Of a stretch of 64,000 bases of DNA, positions 38,457 through 51,400 are shown in pieces (within the stretch, counting starts at the first letter, position 1; each line of letters begins with the position of its first letter). The notes beneath the pieces were generated by a model, which ran no database searches, was not told where the DNA came from, and was given only the letters and a program-made list of their open reading frames with translations. This DNA is from Takakia lepidozioides. Lineage: Eukaryota > Plantae > Bryophyta. A program made the position numbers and the translations under genes. The stretch is from NCBI GenBank assembly GCA_030704615.1, contig CM060731.1:52204001-52268000 (forward strand). Direction: 5' to 3'.

Positions 38457-39805
38457 CTACTCTTCAGGTTTCTCAGGCTCTTTGTCAGGCTCTTCCTCCT
38501 CCTCATCCTTTTTTTCCTCGTCATCTTCATCTTCTTCTGGTGGGTCAGTTGGTAATGGTGGTGGCAATGGCGTCTTCATAGGACTGAATTGGGGGAAGAT
38601 ATCAGGCCTCCGTCCAGGCCTTGGCCTATCCCACTCCTGCCAACCAAAATAAAGGCACCTGTATATCAAATGATGAAAATTCCTCACCCTGGCCCTGGAT
38701 ACCCCTAGCCTCTGGTTTTTTCCTTTCTGAAGACATTACTGAGCAAAGGTGGCATACTGCAGTCCATCCACTCCATCCAACCAACCTCAGTCAACCGTTG
38801 TCTATAAGTCAGGAGGGAGGAAGAGGATGAGAGACTTGGCATTATCCTCCTCAAAAAATGACTTCTTGAGATGACCATGATAGCTTCTTGAAAATCTCCA
38901 CTCGCCACTTTATGTCAGATCTAGGTGTGCATCTAGTAAAGCTCTTTCATGCTTAATGGCGGGTTGCTTAGCTGTGGGAGAACAAAGGAAATATAGGGCT
39001 ACAGAAGACTACATCCCACTGGATCTATGGCTTGTGTAGTGGAAACACTTACAGGCCCTGCACAACTACAATTCCATTCCCTTCCCCATGCACTCCCGTT
39101 CTCTCGCTGCTCTCTCTCCTCCGTCGAGAACCTCCATCTCATCTACGCGTTCTACTCGTGCAAACCCCCTTAGCCCAATTCGACTCCAACTACTCCTACT
39201 GCAGACTCTATGGCCAGAAGGTCTCTTTCTGCCTCACAAGCAAACAAATAATATCTCTCTACCTCTGGTACACAGAGACTAAGGAAATAGAACCAGCATC
39301 CAATATTTCGCGTACTCTCCCCTTTTCTCGATTTCTTCCACGATGCTCTATGTAAAATCTCTGTCAGTGATCAGATGATGCAAAATTCAATCTTGGGGAC
39401 ACAGCAAGGCTGAGAGACATGCGGCATGGCAAAGTAGTACACTACTGCATAACCCCACCTCTGTCTCCTTTCCTTTACCCTCGAACGGGAATTCACCAGA
39501 ATACTACAAGGACTCACCAGAGGAAAATCCAGCGGCGACCGCCTAGTCATCTTCTCGTCCTCCGGCGCCATGCCGCGGGCAGCTCCTACTCTCCTCGCAC
39601 ATACTCGCGTGCTAGAGACCCCTCCGTCTTGCCGTTGAGATTCACCAACCCTTATCGATATATAGGTTGCAGTACAGGGAGTGAAAAAACCTGGAGGAGG
39701 AGCATAAGCAGAAATCAAGGTGGAAATCGACGGTACAGGGGAGGTACAAGGAGGAGACCTTACGTAGGCGATTGAAGAACAGGGTAAAAGGGCCAGTGCC
39801 GCCAT
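38457..39805 (-). CDS. Conserved uncharacterised plastid-targeted protein, ~155 aa, Pro-rich then acidic tail (exons 39805-39518, 38636-38457)
   Basis: MAPEDEKMTRRSPLDFPL|EWDRPRPGRRPDIFPQFSPMKTPLPPPLPTDPPEEDED; phase-0 GT-AG intron; alternative ATG at 39811. Confidence 0.85.
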
Positions 39806-41132
39806 CGTCATCCCAAAACTCACAAACCCAACAACGGGTGCATAATACAGGAAAGGAGACAACAATGAAACGTGTTTGCAGAAGCACCACAACCACACCG
39901 GACTTCGCTGTCGGAGACTTGGCAGTGACCTCGACGCTTGAGCGGATCTCTGTTTTATTGTGAAAGCGAGAGAGACGAGAAGAAACAAGCAACGCTCTGA
40001 TGGCCCTGTGGGCTGACGCTCCAAGGGAATATACTCTTTGCCCGTTATCTTCCCCACACTGCCTGAAAACCCTAATCCTGGGCATCCACTGACCACACAA
40101 AGCTGGTGTGGACGATTTCCTTGGTCCTTGAAGGATTGATGGCGTTTCCGAGAAATTGTTAATGCCTGCGAGAAATTCCTCGAGGTATGCGAAGGCAGCT
40201 TTGCGTTTTGCTTGTGTCACAGATCAACAAGGGCGAGGAGGTGGCAGCAGAGACGATCGATGATGGGGGCGTATGTCAGGGGAGCAGTTCTCCCTCCAGT
40301 GGCCAGGGCGCAATGCCCGCACCCCGACCTCGTCGCCAAGGCGCTGCTATCGTTCCCCATGGCTAGTGGTTTAGCTCTCAGGGGAACCTGGTCTGGAGGT
40401 ATAGTCAAATGTTCGAGCATTTTGAATAATCCTCCAAAGCACATCTGCCTGGGAGTTCTGCAGCTAAAACACTTGGGTTGTTCCTTTTGGGGGTGTGGAG
40501 TGATGTGTATCGAGTTAGTGAGGTGGTGGGCTTGCTGATCTATTGTGCAGGCGGGGGATACCAATATGGGACTGCTACACTAGAGAAAGTGAAAGCAGCA
40601 CGGGGGCTATCAGTGCTGGGATGGAACACTACGGATGTGTGGCAGGGTCGGCACGATTTGCAATCGTGCCAGGCAATACTGCAAGAAGATGGTAAGTCAC
40701 ATTTATTCTGAAACTTTTGGAGAAGTGTCTGTCTCTGGGACCTACAACATTTGCTTCTCTTCTCCCAGCCACAGGCTTTCCCTCTGTGTGTGTGTTTCTC
40801 TTCTCTTGGACGCCATAAATCTCTTCTTTTGCTTCTCTCAGCCGAATGTGTCCACGAAGCACTTAGGCTCCGAGGAGAGATATATGTCTCTTTGGCTGTT
40901 TTGACCTAGTTCAGCTCTTCTTGTTCTGTTCCGAACGTTCACTGAGGGATCAAGCTCTCCCAGACTTTCCAGCCACTCGTTCTGCCTGCTTCCTCCCTCG
41001 AAGAGCTTTAAAGTTGTCAAGATGTCAAGAACTCTGCTCGTCATGATGCAGTTCTCCTTGTTTGTGAAGGAAGTTGGTGGCAGTGAGAGGAACTAATTTA
41101 TTCTGTGCTCTTGATTAATTTATTACTCGCAG

Positions 41133-43025
41133 CTGCAGTCACAGAACCGACTGCAGCTATCATCGATGGAAAAGCCATTGCCCAGCAAATTCGACGTGAA
41201 ATTGCTAGTGAAGTGGCCAAGATGAGGGAGTCTGTGGGGAAGGTTCCAGGCCTGGCGGTTGTCCTTGTTGGGACGCGAAAGGACTCGGAAACCTATGTTC
41301 GGAGCAAGAAGAAGGCTTGTGAGGAAGTAGGAATTGAGTCTTTTGGTGTCACTTTACCTGAAGATGTAACGGAGGATGAGGTTTTGAGCTATGTAAAGAA
41401 ATTTAACGATGATCCAGCTGTCCATGGAGTACTGGTGCAACTTCCTCTTCCTCGGGTAATCATTCTGATCCTCATTCAATCTTTGATCTTCTTTCGCCTT
41501 CTACATTTAAGGTAGCAAACAGAGGGGGGAGGGACAGACTCAAAAGAGAGATGAGATGTCTGGAGTAGGCAGGAAATTGTATACCTTCTTACATTTTGTG
41601 GAACTTCTTGGGTGCGCAGCACATGAGCGAGGAGAGGGTGGTGGGGGCAGTCAGCATAGAGAAGGATGTGGATGGATTCCATCCCATGAATGTGGGAAGG
41701 CTCGCCATGCAAGGAAGGGCCCCTCTGTTTGTATCGTGCACTCCTAAAGGCTGCATGGAGTTGCTGATGCGATCCGGAGTGGATATGGCAGGGAAACATG
41801 CTGTGGTTATAGGCCGCAGCAATGTTGTGGGCATGCCTGCTGCTCTGCTGCTACAGGTCTGATATGTGACCTATACCTCCACTATTTTCAGCATTACAAC
41901 TTTAACAATCAGGTACTTATTACCTTGCACATTTATGCAATTTAAACCCCTTCAAAGCATAGGAACTCTGCTTAGAATTGTCGGCCATGAATGTTAGTTT
42001 ACAGTATCTCCCTGCGTTTGAGCTGTGCAATGGTAGTTCGCCCTGCTCCTGTCATCCCTCCATCCACTAAGCCCTTTTGTGCTCTCTTTTGTTAAAGGAG
42101 GTGTTATATGCCACAAGGCTATGGTAAGTAAATTCCAATGATATAATTATCCCTCTGTCTCTCCGCTCTCTCCACTTTCCAACCTCAACAAGTTCTCAGT
42201 CTGATTTTAATGCTTGGTGGCAGCGGCAAAATGCAACTGTTACAGTGGTGCATTCGCATACACCAAATCCAGCAGAAATTACAAAGAAGGCAGATATTGT
42301 AATTGCTGCAGCAGGAGTGGCCCATATGGTGCGAGGCAATTGGCTGAAGCCTGGGGCTGTTGTGATTGATGTCGGCATAAATGCAATAGAGGTTGGGTCG
42401 CTATTTTCTTGTTGTATTCTAGGTCACGAATCACTGGTCAATTCAAGTTTATGTGGTTTTCAAATCTCAACTGCTGTTTCCCGTTCCTCTTCCAAACATT
42501 TCTCTTGACGTAGATTTGTTACCGCAATCTGTTTGCACTCGTTGTTTCAGACAGCTATATAGCTAGCTTTTGCAGAGAGTTGTAATTTGCATGGTCCAGT
42601 TTGTCATCTTCCAAGTCATATCAAAGACAGCATGTGGCATAATGAATATGAGTGTGTGCGCGTGTAAGAGAGAGCGCAAATTGTAAGACTTCTAAGTAGG
42701 TCAAACATAATCCCTCCCGATTTTCTCTTGAGATAGTATCTACCTGTTTGATATTGTATCAGTTGCTGTTCTCAGTTTGATTAGGCTCTTAGTTGGCCTT
42801 AGAGAGACAGTTCTCATTGTTTCTGTGATGGTTTGTCTGTGACAGGATCCTTCCACGAAGAAAGGATATCGCTTGGTGGGGGATGTTTGCTACTCAGAGG
42901 CCTGCCAAGTTGCATCAAAAATCACTCCAGTGCCTGGCGGGGTTGGACCTATGACAATTGCCATGTTGCTCTCCAATACAATTGATTCAGCTAAGCGTGC
43001 ATATGGACTTCTGGATACTTGCTAG
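41133..43025 (+). CDS. folD: Bifunctional methylenetetrahydrofolate dehydrogenase/cyclohydrolase (exons 41133-41455, 41620-41856, 42224-42391, 42846-43025; first exon(s) upstream unresolved, candidate 40635-40691)
   Basis: [78 protein letters not shown]; all introns GT-AG and in frame. Confidence 0.96.
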
Positions 43026-45467
43026 TCTCTGGTTGAGGAGACCTCTCCACCAAGGTTGGGCTTATGTGGGGCACCTAATCTCCCTGTCCACAGATTTCAA
43101 GGGAAATATTTTTCCAGGACCCAATGATATGTTCGTTGGGGTGCGGTAGGGGCCTGGTGTTATGGAGTAGTTAGTGGTACTCATTGGATTGTGCTCGCCA
43201 TGGCCTTGTGGCCAAACAGCAACACCCAGTTTGGGAGCACTTCGGGAGCAGTATTGAGTAAAATAGAGAAAGGAAGGAGCTCTTTATGAGGGAAAAAAAA
43301 GGAAAGAGTAAGGAAGAGACCCATGGGACATAGTAGAGAGGCAAATAGAAGATTATGAGGGTGTGACCTCATTGCCATCCATGCCTGAACGGATCAATCT
43401 AAATTTTGTAGTAATTAGAGGTGAACTATTTATTATTACTTCATGGGTTTCCCCACGGGATAGAATTGGGGGATACACTAACAAATATCCAACTAGCATT
43501 GGAAACCAGATTCTTAGGCATTGCATTTAGATTTCAAGTTAATTTTCTGTGTGGCTACCTTACCTTAGGGAAGGGTGATAAAGTAACAGCCAGCATTCAG
43601 ATTACAAACAGTTGACTTAACTTCTAGCTCCATTATATCCACTACTGGATGCAGCCACCCAGACCAACTTTTAGAGGGGACGGTGGGGTTGGGAGGTGTT
43701 GTGCACTTCCAGTTAGTTAACTAGTTAATGGAAAGGCAAGTGATAAATGAGGCCCTGGAGTTCAATGCTTCCTCAGCGGGCCTGCCTGCGTGGCCCCACC
43801 CCCGCCCTCCGCCTCGCACCCCCCTCTGCTGCCGCCGCGGCCCGCGGTCGCAGCGCCTGCCGTCCCCGTGCCAGGTCCATCCCTCGCCTTAACACTGTCA
43901 TACATTCTCACCACTGTCATGCATCCCCGACCTGTATTACAGTACTGTACACATGCATCATGCATGCCCCATGAATCCCTCATCATAGACGCACCGTCCT
44001 AGAGCGCAATCATAGCATAGACATTCAGTTGTCCCTAGGACTTTCCCATGGGGTTGACAGATGTGTGCACTCATGCGGACGGGGATGCTTCGCATGCGAG
44101 ACGTTTTGCTTCACTCTTCACTATTGACGTCCGCTCGTTTTGCCGCACTATTCCTGTTGCTTGAACGCTTCTGTATTCTTCATATTGACCCCGCCCTCAG
44201 TCTGTAGAGAAGAATTTGGAGAAACAAGTGAGACGTTCTTTCCATGCAAAGGATTTCACAGGTTGGTGTCACACCGTAAGTAGTTGCTCTCTTGTCCCCC
44301 ATGTTTCTGCTACACACCTTTGCCGGGGTTAAACGAAGCAGCCTCCCGAGTGTGCGCATTCAGAGATTTTATTGTTATCATTTCCTGCTGTCGTTGATGT
44401 TATTGGCCTTCTCTTCATATTCTCTGGTAATTTGTATGGCATTGCCGCCGTTTGCCGGGGTGGCGGGGAGGTTCAAATCCTTTTTCGTTTTTGCTTTAGG
44501 GTTTCACTGTACATACTGTCTTTCTTCTTGTAGCACTATTGCACGCGCCTGTAGTCCATTCTGTTTTCCCTGTCGATTTGCTGCGTCGCTCTTAGATCGT
44601 TGTTTCCACACTCCGAATCCCGTTTACTTTCAGAAGCTCGCTTTTACCATTTCTCTTGCCGACACCTGTGGTGGAGGCGCTCCACTTGGTCTTGCGATAT
44701 GGTCAAAAACTCGACCATGGTGGAAGCCCATCGGGTGTACTAGGAGGAGTACGAAGACAACGACGCTACCGCGTGAGCCGGGCGCGTGAGCGTGTGAGCG
44801 TACGCTCACACAACGATGACGTGGCGTGAGCCTACGCTCACACAACGATGACGTGGCGTGAGCCTACGCTCACGTAGCTGACGTGGCACTGATGCTGACG
44901 TGGCGTGAGCCTAGTCCAGGTCATGCCACGTCACCACAAAGAATGTGGGCCTATAACCGTGGGGCCCCCAACTGCTGATATCACCACATGAAGGTGAAAC
45001 GGATGAAGGGTTTCGGGCTTTCCTGGAGTTCAACCTTCTGCTAACAAGAGCTTCATTTCCTAGAACTGAAATGAACGTTGTGTTAACACGAGGTTGTTTT
45101 CCTGGAACTAAAATCAACATCGTGTCCACACGAGGTTGATTCGGAGAACTTCATGTCAACCTCGTGTTAACACGACGTTCTTTTCTTAGAACTAAAATCA
45201 ACCTTGTGTCAGCACAAGGGGGATTTGGGAAACTCCAAGTAAACCTCGTGTTAACACGAGGTTGATTTGATCATCTGTCTATCTGAAGGTAGTTTCTTGT
45301 GCTTGCTAATGAAAACAGAATGACAGACCAATGCGACAAATGCATTGACCCACGCATAGCAAAGATATTAGACGACATACATTGAGAGACACTGGACTTG
45401 AACAGTCATTCCATTATAAGTTGTAGTCAAGGAAAACACAGATTTCGGAGTATCAAGTAAATGCTTT

Positions 45468-45683
45468 CTATGGGCTTGTATCCCGCTGTAGAAGTGTGTT
45501 GACTTCGTTGAAACTGATAGTGGCTTGATGAATGAAGAAGTCCCGCTTTGGATCACAAACCATCCTTCTGAAGAAGACGAAGTAAAGGTGTTTGCACGGT
45601 ATGAACTTCCCTCTCTTTCCCAAACTACTTGAAAGCATACCAACAAAATCAGGACAGGTACAATTTGGAAAATTGGAAACAGT
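45468..45683 (-). pseudogene. C-terminal SWIM zinc finger remnant of the Mutator-like transposase
   Basis: TVSNFPNCTCPDF..GKFIPCKHLY..DPKRDFFIHQAT..TLLQRDTS aligns with TIGNFPSCTCPDF..GKWVPCKHQY..DGKRDQFIHQAT..TLLQRDTS at 54230-54020. Confidence 0.85.
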
Positions 45684-47256
45684 GCCTATTCTATTTAATC
45701 CCACAAACCCTAAATGCCTGGCAGCCATGGAACTGTTGAATGCTCCCGGTGCATCATACAGTGCCAAGAAGAAACCATAAGTTGCAATGTGCCTTTCCAT
45801 GAATTTTCTGCTTCCTGATTATGCCAAAGCAATGGCACTTCACGCGGCCGAGTCCCTATCCCCTGAATTTTTACTGCCCGGCCGTAGGTGTAGCCAGCGT
45901 AGATCCGGAGTTCTTAAATACTTAGACTTAGATGCAGAGGAAGCGGGGATACATTGTTCTGACTCTGAGTCAGACTGAACTATGTTCTTTTAATATTCTG
46001 TTTCATCCTCTTTGGAAAACGTTGAATCCCCTTCCTCCACCGTAGTTGTTCCTTTGGAAAGAAAAATAATCAAAGAATCAACTACCATTTAAATTGCAAT
46101 ATGTATGAATCCATCTCACAAACCTCCCTCACTCTTGTCATTTCCATTGTGCTTTCATCTACAGTGTATTCATGCGTGCTCCATTCATGAATGTTTTCCT
46201 TTGTTCAACATCCATTGTACATTCATCCTCTGTACTCTTTAATCCACCCCACAAACCTACCACACTCATGTCATATACGTTGTGCATTCGTCTAAAGTTT
46301 TAGTCATGCATCTTCCTGTCATGAATGTTTCCCATTGCTCAACATCCATTATACATTCATCCATTTGACTCTTATCCATCCCTCATTCATCCATCTACAT
46401 TCATTTTTCACACTCATCCATTTGTTTATCATCCAACTGTACATTCATCCATCCTTTATTCATCTGTTGCTTTCAGGTGGGAATGACCACTGCCTTTTAT
46501 TATGTCGTCCAGCTTGTTTCCGCGGTAAAGGGTGCCAATCCGCGGGAATACACTTCACTTCTTCATGGGCGCGTGGTGACGCGGTCTTCAAGTGTGATGA
46601 CGTGGAGTGAGCCCCGTGATGTGGCATTGGCGCAAGGTGACGTGGCGTGAGCGCAGTTGCGCTCACGCGCTCACGTGACCAGGCTCACGCAGAGGCATCC
46701 CTGCACGTCGTGGATCCAACTCCACGTCTATACCTCGTGGCTCAGGGACTCGTGCTGCTCGTTGAGTCACGGCTGCAGCAGACTCCACCTGCACTAGTGG
46801 TAGTGCTACTTCGCACATGAATCCCATGCCTCCCATATCTCCGCAGGAGGTGGACCATCCGGCCTTGGAGCCGGTACCACCTGAGCTGTAGCCATGGCAG
46901 CGAGCCTCTGCTCTAGCTGCTTTGTTTGTTGAACACCAATCTGAGAGCTCCATAGCAACTTTGCGTCAACGCAAGGTTGATGTCGACCTCCAAAGCGTTT
47001 GTTTATGAAGGTGACATGAAGCAGATTCAGCACTCGAATCAACCTTGTGTTGACGCGAGGCTGATTCTGATGCCACTCTCTACATCTGAAGTCCGCACCA
47101 AGAAACGCAAAGTAGGGAAAGTCGATTATCTGAAGCCACCAAAAGAACCTTGCGTCAACGCAAAGCATTTAGTTGGTTCAATGGACTGTTGCGGTATGCA
47201 TTTCAGACTAAGCTGCATCCCCATCAATCAACCTTGCGTCAACGCAAGGTAGATCC

Positions 47257-47437
47257 ATGGGAGCTCAATCTGTCACTCACAGGGATATTCATTATGTGCA
47301 GAGGAAAAGAAAAAGGAAATCCGTGGGGGGAGATGTGGAAGTGGCAGAAGGTGATGGTGAGGAGGAATCATTTGAGGGACACTATGAAGACAAGGCCGAG
47401 GAGGTTATGGGTGGGCAGAAAGTGAACTCCTCGAAGA
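47257..47437 (+). pseudogene. 5' start of ParB-family gene, copy 3, cut by an LTR insertion
   Basis: HYEDKAEEVMGGQKVNS vs FYESKAAEMLGGQKVNS in copy 2; ends at the LTR terminus 47438. Confidence 0.7.
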
Positions 47438-48453
47438 TGGAGCGGCTTTTACTCACCCATCCCTTAGCTATCCGAGGTGGAAACTCCAAGATAGAAGAGT
47501 TAGAAATCTCTAAGTACTCAGCCCGCTCAGAACAATCAGTCATGACCTACAACTAGTGTATCGTGGGGGTGCTTCCTATTTGTATTCCTTCTCGCATTCA
47601 TATTAGCAATTTACCTTACTATCTATAATTAAGTATCAGATTACTTCTGCAATCTACCATGTTCCAACTACTCAGGCATTCATTCCACAACTTCACTCGT
47701 ATCTCTCTACACGGTGTGAGTATGAAGTATGTATCAGATTAATATCTATCAAGTATCAGGCTGAAGCCATGGTGTCTCTAATCTACTCTACATTACAATT
47801 CTACAGCTTGCATTCATCAAGCATCAACAGAATCGTCTCTTCTCCTACTCCGTGCTCTTCATCTTTCCACTCAGAGATGCGTTCTCCCCTTTATTTCCAA
47901 GCCGGGATGCCAGAAGTCCCCCCACCAAGAAGTGATCCTCAGACGTCCCCGCTCTTCGCTTTATCTACCTACAAGCTGTTCTAACCGCTTTCCTAACTAA
48001 CCGTCATTCTTGTAGTACACATTCTTTTTTCAGATGTCGTTCCCCCACAGTCGTTCCTTGCCAATGATAACTGTCCCCCAGCTGTGCCGAGCTGTGACTG
48101 GTTGTATCAGGCTGTGGCGGGCTGTGACTGGCTGTGTCGGGCTGTGTATGGCTGTGCGAAGCTGTGGCGGCTGTGTCGGGCTGTGTTGGCTGTGCGAAGC
48201 TGTGATGGCTGTGTTGACTGTGACGACTGTGTCTGACTGTGTCGGTTGTGTCGGCTGTGTCGGACTGTGACGGGCTGTGTTGGCTGTGCGAAGCTGTGGC
48301 TGGCTTGGATGGACTGTATCGGGCTGTGTATCTCCCCCCCCCCTAAAGCCTGTTGCTGTCACCCCTAAGGCTCCTGTTGGTCTCAGTCTGTGTAAATTAA
48401 GGGTACCCCACAGATCCCGTAAAAGTGTCTAAGTCCCAAGCAACCCTCTAACA
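47438..48453 (-). mobile_element. 3' LTR of gypsy family A (1016 bp)
   Basis: Minus strand TGTTAGAGG..AAAAGCCGCTCCA; PPT GAGAGGGGGAGGGG at 48471-48458; homologous to 57040-58103. Confidence 0.92.
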
Positions 48454-51400
48454 TTTACCCCTCCCCCTCTCAAAAAGCCGTGTCCTCACGGTTTACTGTT
48501 TGGGATTGGGAAACCTTTGTGAGCGAGCACCCTTCTGACGTTGAGAGTCTCGTGAAGGACTCCATGTGCGAGCCCGTGTCCTGACACTGGTTGAGGGAGA
48601 TGATTGAGCAGTACCTGGAAATGTCAGTCCCTCCTTTGGCTGATATCGAGGTAATCTCTCAGGCATAGGAGACCCCCGTCGCTTCTTCTCTGCCATCTGA
48701 ATCGCATAGTCCTCTGTCATGTCAAAAGAGTCCGCTGAAGAACCAGTAGTATCAGAATCGTCTTCCCCCCTGAGATGTTTTAACGGTCAAACTCTAACTG
48801 GAATCCGTTGGGGCATACAATGTGGTCCCACCATGTCTGGAAGTTTAATCTGTAAAACTTGTTGTAAGCGCTGAATTGCAAAATTGGTGAAGACCCTGAA
48901 CTCCTTGTCTGTACAGGTGAGTGGTGTGCCAATGACTTGTGAATTGTGCAAGTATTTCCATGCCTCATGTCCCTTAAAGAAAATATCATCAGGGCCGAAT
49001 TTCTGTGTTGACAAATTGTTCCAGGCCGCGTGAAACCATGAACGAATTTGAGAATCCTTTTGCATCATAACTTTTGCATCATATAAGTACGGCACTGAAG
49101 GTAACACCCAATGATCCCCACTGGAATAACTCAGAAATCGCGATTGCATCTTCTGCTGCTCAATGTAATAACGTGCCAGAAAACAAGCAGCATAGTATAA
49201 CCCGCAGCCCATGACAATACTTGCTACCTCCTTGGTCTTGGTATAAATGTACCCATGTACAACTTGGAAGACAATTAGTTCCTTCAACATGGTACTTGCT
49301 TCATGCCAGTACCTCGCAAAGTGATGATCCTCAATGGGTCGATTGTTCGGAAGAACCTTAGTCCTAGTTGCCACTGGCAACCAAATGCGCATGATCTGGT
49401 AGTAATGTGCCAACGACTGTGGAGGACTAAATTCCTTCCAAGCCAAATCCAACACAATGGGAATTTGGTTGAAGGGCATAATCATAGCCCGACTGTACTC
49501 TCGTGCAGCAGGTGTCTTAGGTGGGTTAAAAGCAGCATCCCCCCATACCTCAAGCTGTGGCGGCTGTGGTGTGGCTGTAGTAACAACAGGGTCAGCTACT
49601 GTCATAGTCACTTGTTGTGGTATTGGTAGCACTGGCTCTTGTACCACTGGCATCTCCTGCACCCCCTGCGAAGAAGACTGAAAAGCTAAAGTTCTGGCTT
49701 GTAAATAAGAAGCCATCAGCTGCTCCTCAGGTACAAAGACTCTCTTGTCAATATTTGATGTCAGGTCCTCCACCTGAGTCTGCAGGTTGTCTACATCCTC
49801 CTGTAGCTCCGCTATCCTACTATAGACATTGTCTATAGTAGTTGTGGCAATGTTCTGCACCTGCAGTCTGAGCTCATTCATCTCGCCTTGGGTGAGCTTC
49901 CGTGGTGCTTTGCCTTCCACCGGTCCTTGTGCTAACCAGACCTGCAGAAGGTGGTTATCCACCAAGTTAGTTGTGGCACCTCTGAGAGTCTGCTCCTCTC
50001 TGAGTTTGTACATATCTAACTGCTGCTGTAAAACCTCCATGCGCTTCGCATGAGGTTCAACCAAACTCGCATAGGCAGCAACCAGATTATTGGCTTCCTT
50101 CCAAGCCTTGTTAGCGACATAGAGTTCATTTCTATTGGCCATGACCGTTTGTTGCAATTCCAGGATGTACCTCTCTTGGTCAGCTTCAACCTGCCTGTAT
50201 TGCTTGAAAGTATTCTCATTGCGACAGAGTGTATTCTTCATATCAATAATGAGTTTTGTCTGCTCGACATTATCTGCCTGTGCCTTTATACATCTTTCCG
50301 CTTGGCTGTTAACTTCTAATGTAGTTTGCTCAAGCGTAGTTGTGAGTGTAGCACATTGTATGGTCATCCTGTCATGCACTGTCTGCAACTTCGTATGTAG
50401 TGCATTCACTTCTTGCAACTTGCTCTCATGCTTCACCTGCATTTGATATAGCTGTTGCTTATGTGCTTCGTGCAACTGGTCCTGCGCGAGGCTTGATTTA
50501 ATCAAATGTTCATTGGCCAACTGCAAAGCAGCTGTTGTATCCTCTAACTCTTGCTGTAATTTGAGAGTGACCTCCTCATCGACCTTGTTTGCACACTCAG
50601 TGGCAAGTCGAGCCTCAAACTCCTTCCTGAGTTCCTCCCTCAAAGCTGTCAATTGGGTAGATGGAACATGGGATTTCACATAAGTGCCCAACAAATTAAG
50701 TGTCCTGCTTATGGAACTCATAAGCATGGCCTGCTGAGGGTCATCATGGTGAGTTTGCTGCTGTTCTCCCTTATCCTCAACAGTGTGATGCCTCACGAAC
50801 CATTCAGGCCATTGCCCTACCAGATTTTCTTCCTGAATTACCTCATCCGCCACAGGTGCTGTAGTGTCTTGATATTCTACATGTGGTACCTCCGTCACAG
50901 GTGTGGGTATTATATGCACAGCAGGGGGGTGCGCACCTTTTGCCATTGTGGCTTTCACCAAAGCCACTTCAGCAGATTGTGTATAAGCTCAACACTGTCA
51001 AGGACGAGAGCATGAATGAACACAAACAAGAGATCAGATTAGAGGTACAAGACTAGACAAGAAGTCAAGGTCGGCGTGGCCAAATGCATGATGGCCCTGG
51101 ACAACCGCTGTACCTCTGGAATCACTGGTTCCCTTACCAAGCCAGAGTTTTCATAGAGAAGGTCCTCATTCTCAATTTCGGCCACGACCTGCTCTGTAGT
51201 GGGAATGTCCAACCTTTCTCATTCCTGAGCAATTGGTGGTGATGCCACAACATATACTAATTGTGGAGCCTCCAAAACAACAGAGTCAATTGGTTGTGGT
51301 GGCTGTGGTATCGAAGTGACTTCCTCTTCCCTTTCTGAAGGCCCTGCTTCCAATAGTAGCAGCTCTTTGTGCTGCTGTGCCCCTTCCTGCACAAGAGCTT

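Larger units (their letters stand above)
44765..47437. mobile_element. Deleted Mutator-like element: GTGAGC end repeats, SWIM remnant (-), palindromes, start of ParB-family gene (+)
   Basis: CGTGAGC/GCTCAC clusters 44770-44910 and 46600-46690; AACCTCGTGTTAACACGAGGTT-type palindromes 45075-45265; SWIM remnant and ParB start listed separately. Confidence 0.65.

Noticed and set aside
44272-44285. CACCGTAAGTAG as the true left end of the 44.8-47.4 kb element
   Set aside because: Only a 7 bp match, 500 bp from the GTGAGC cluster, no TSD; not supportable.
46140-46470. CATTCATCCAT-rich tract
   Set aside because: Low-complexity degenerate repeat with no further structure.
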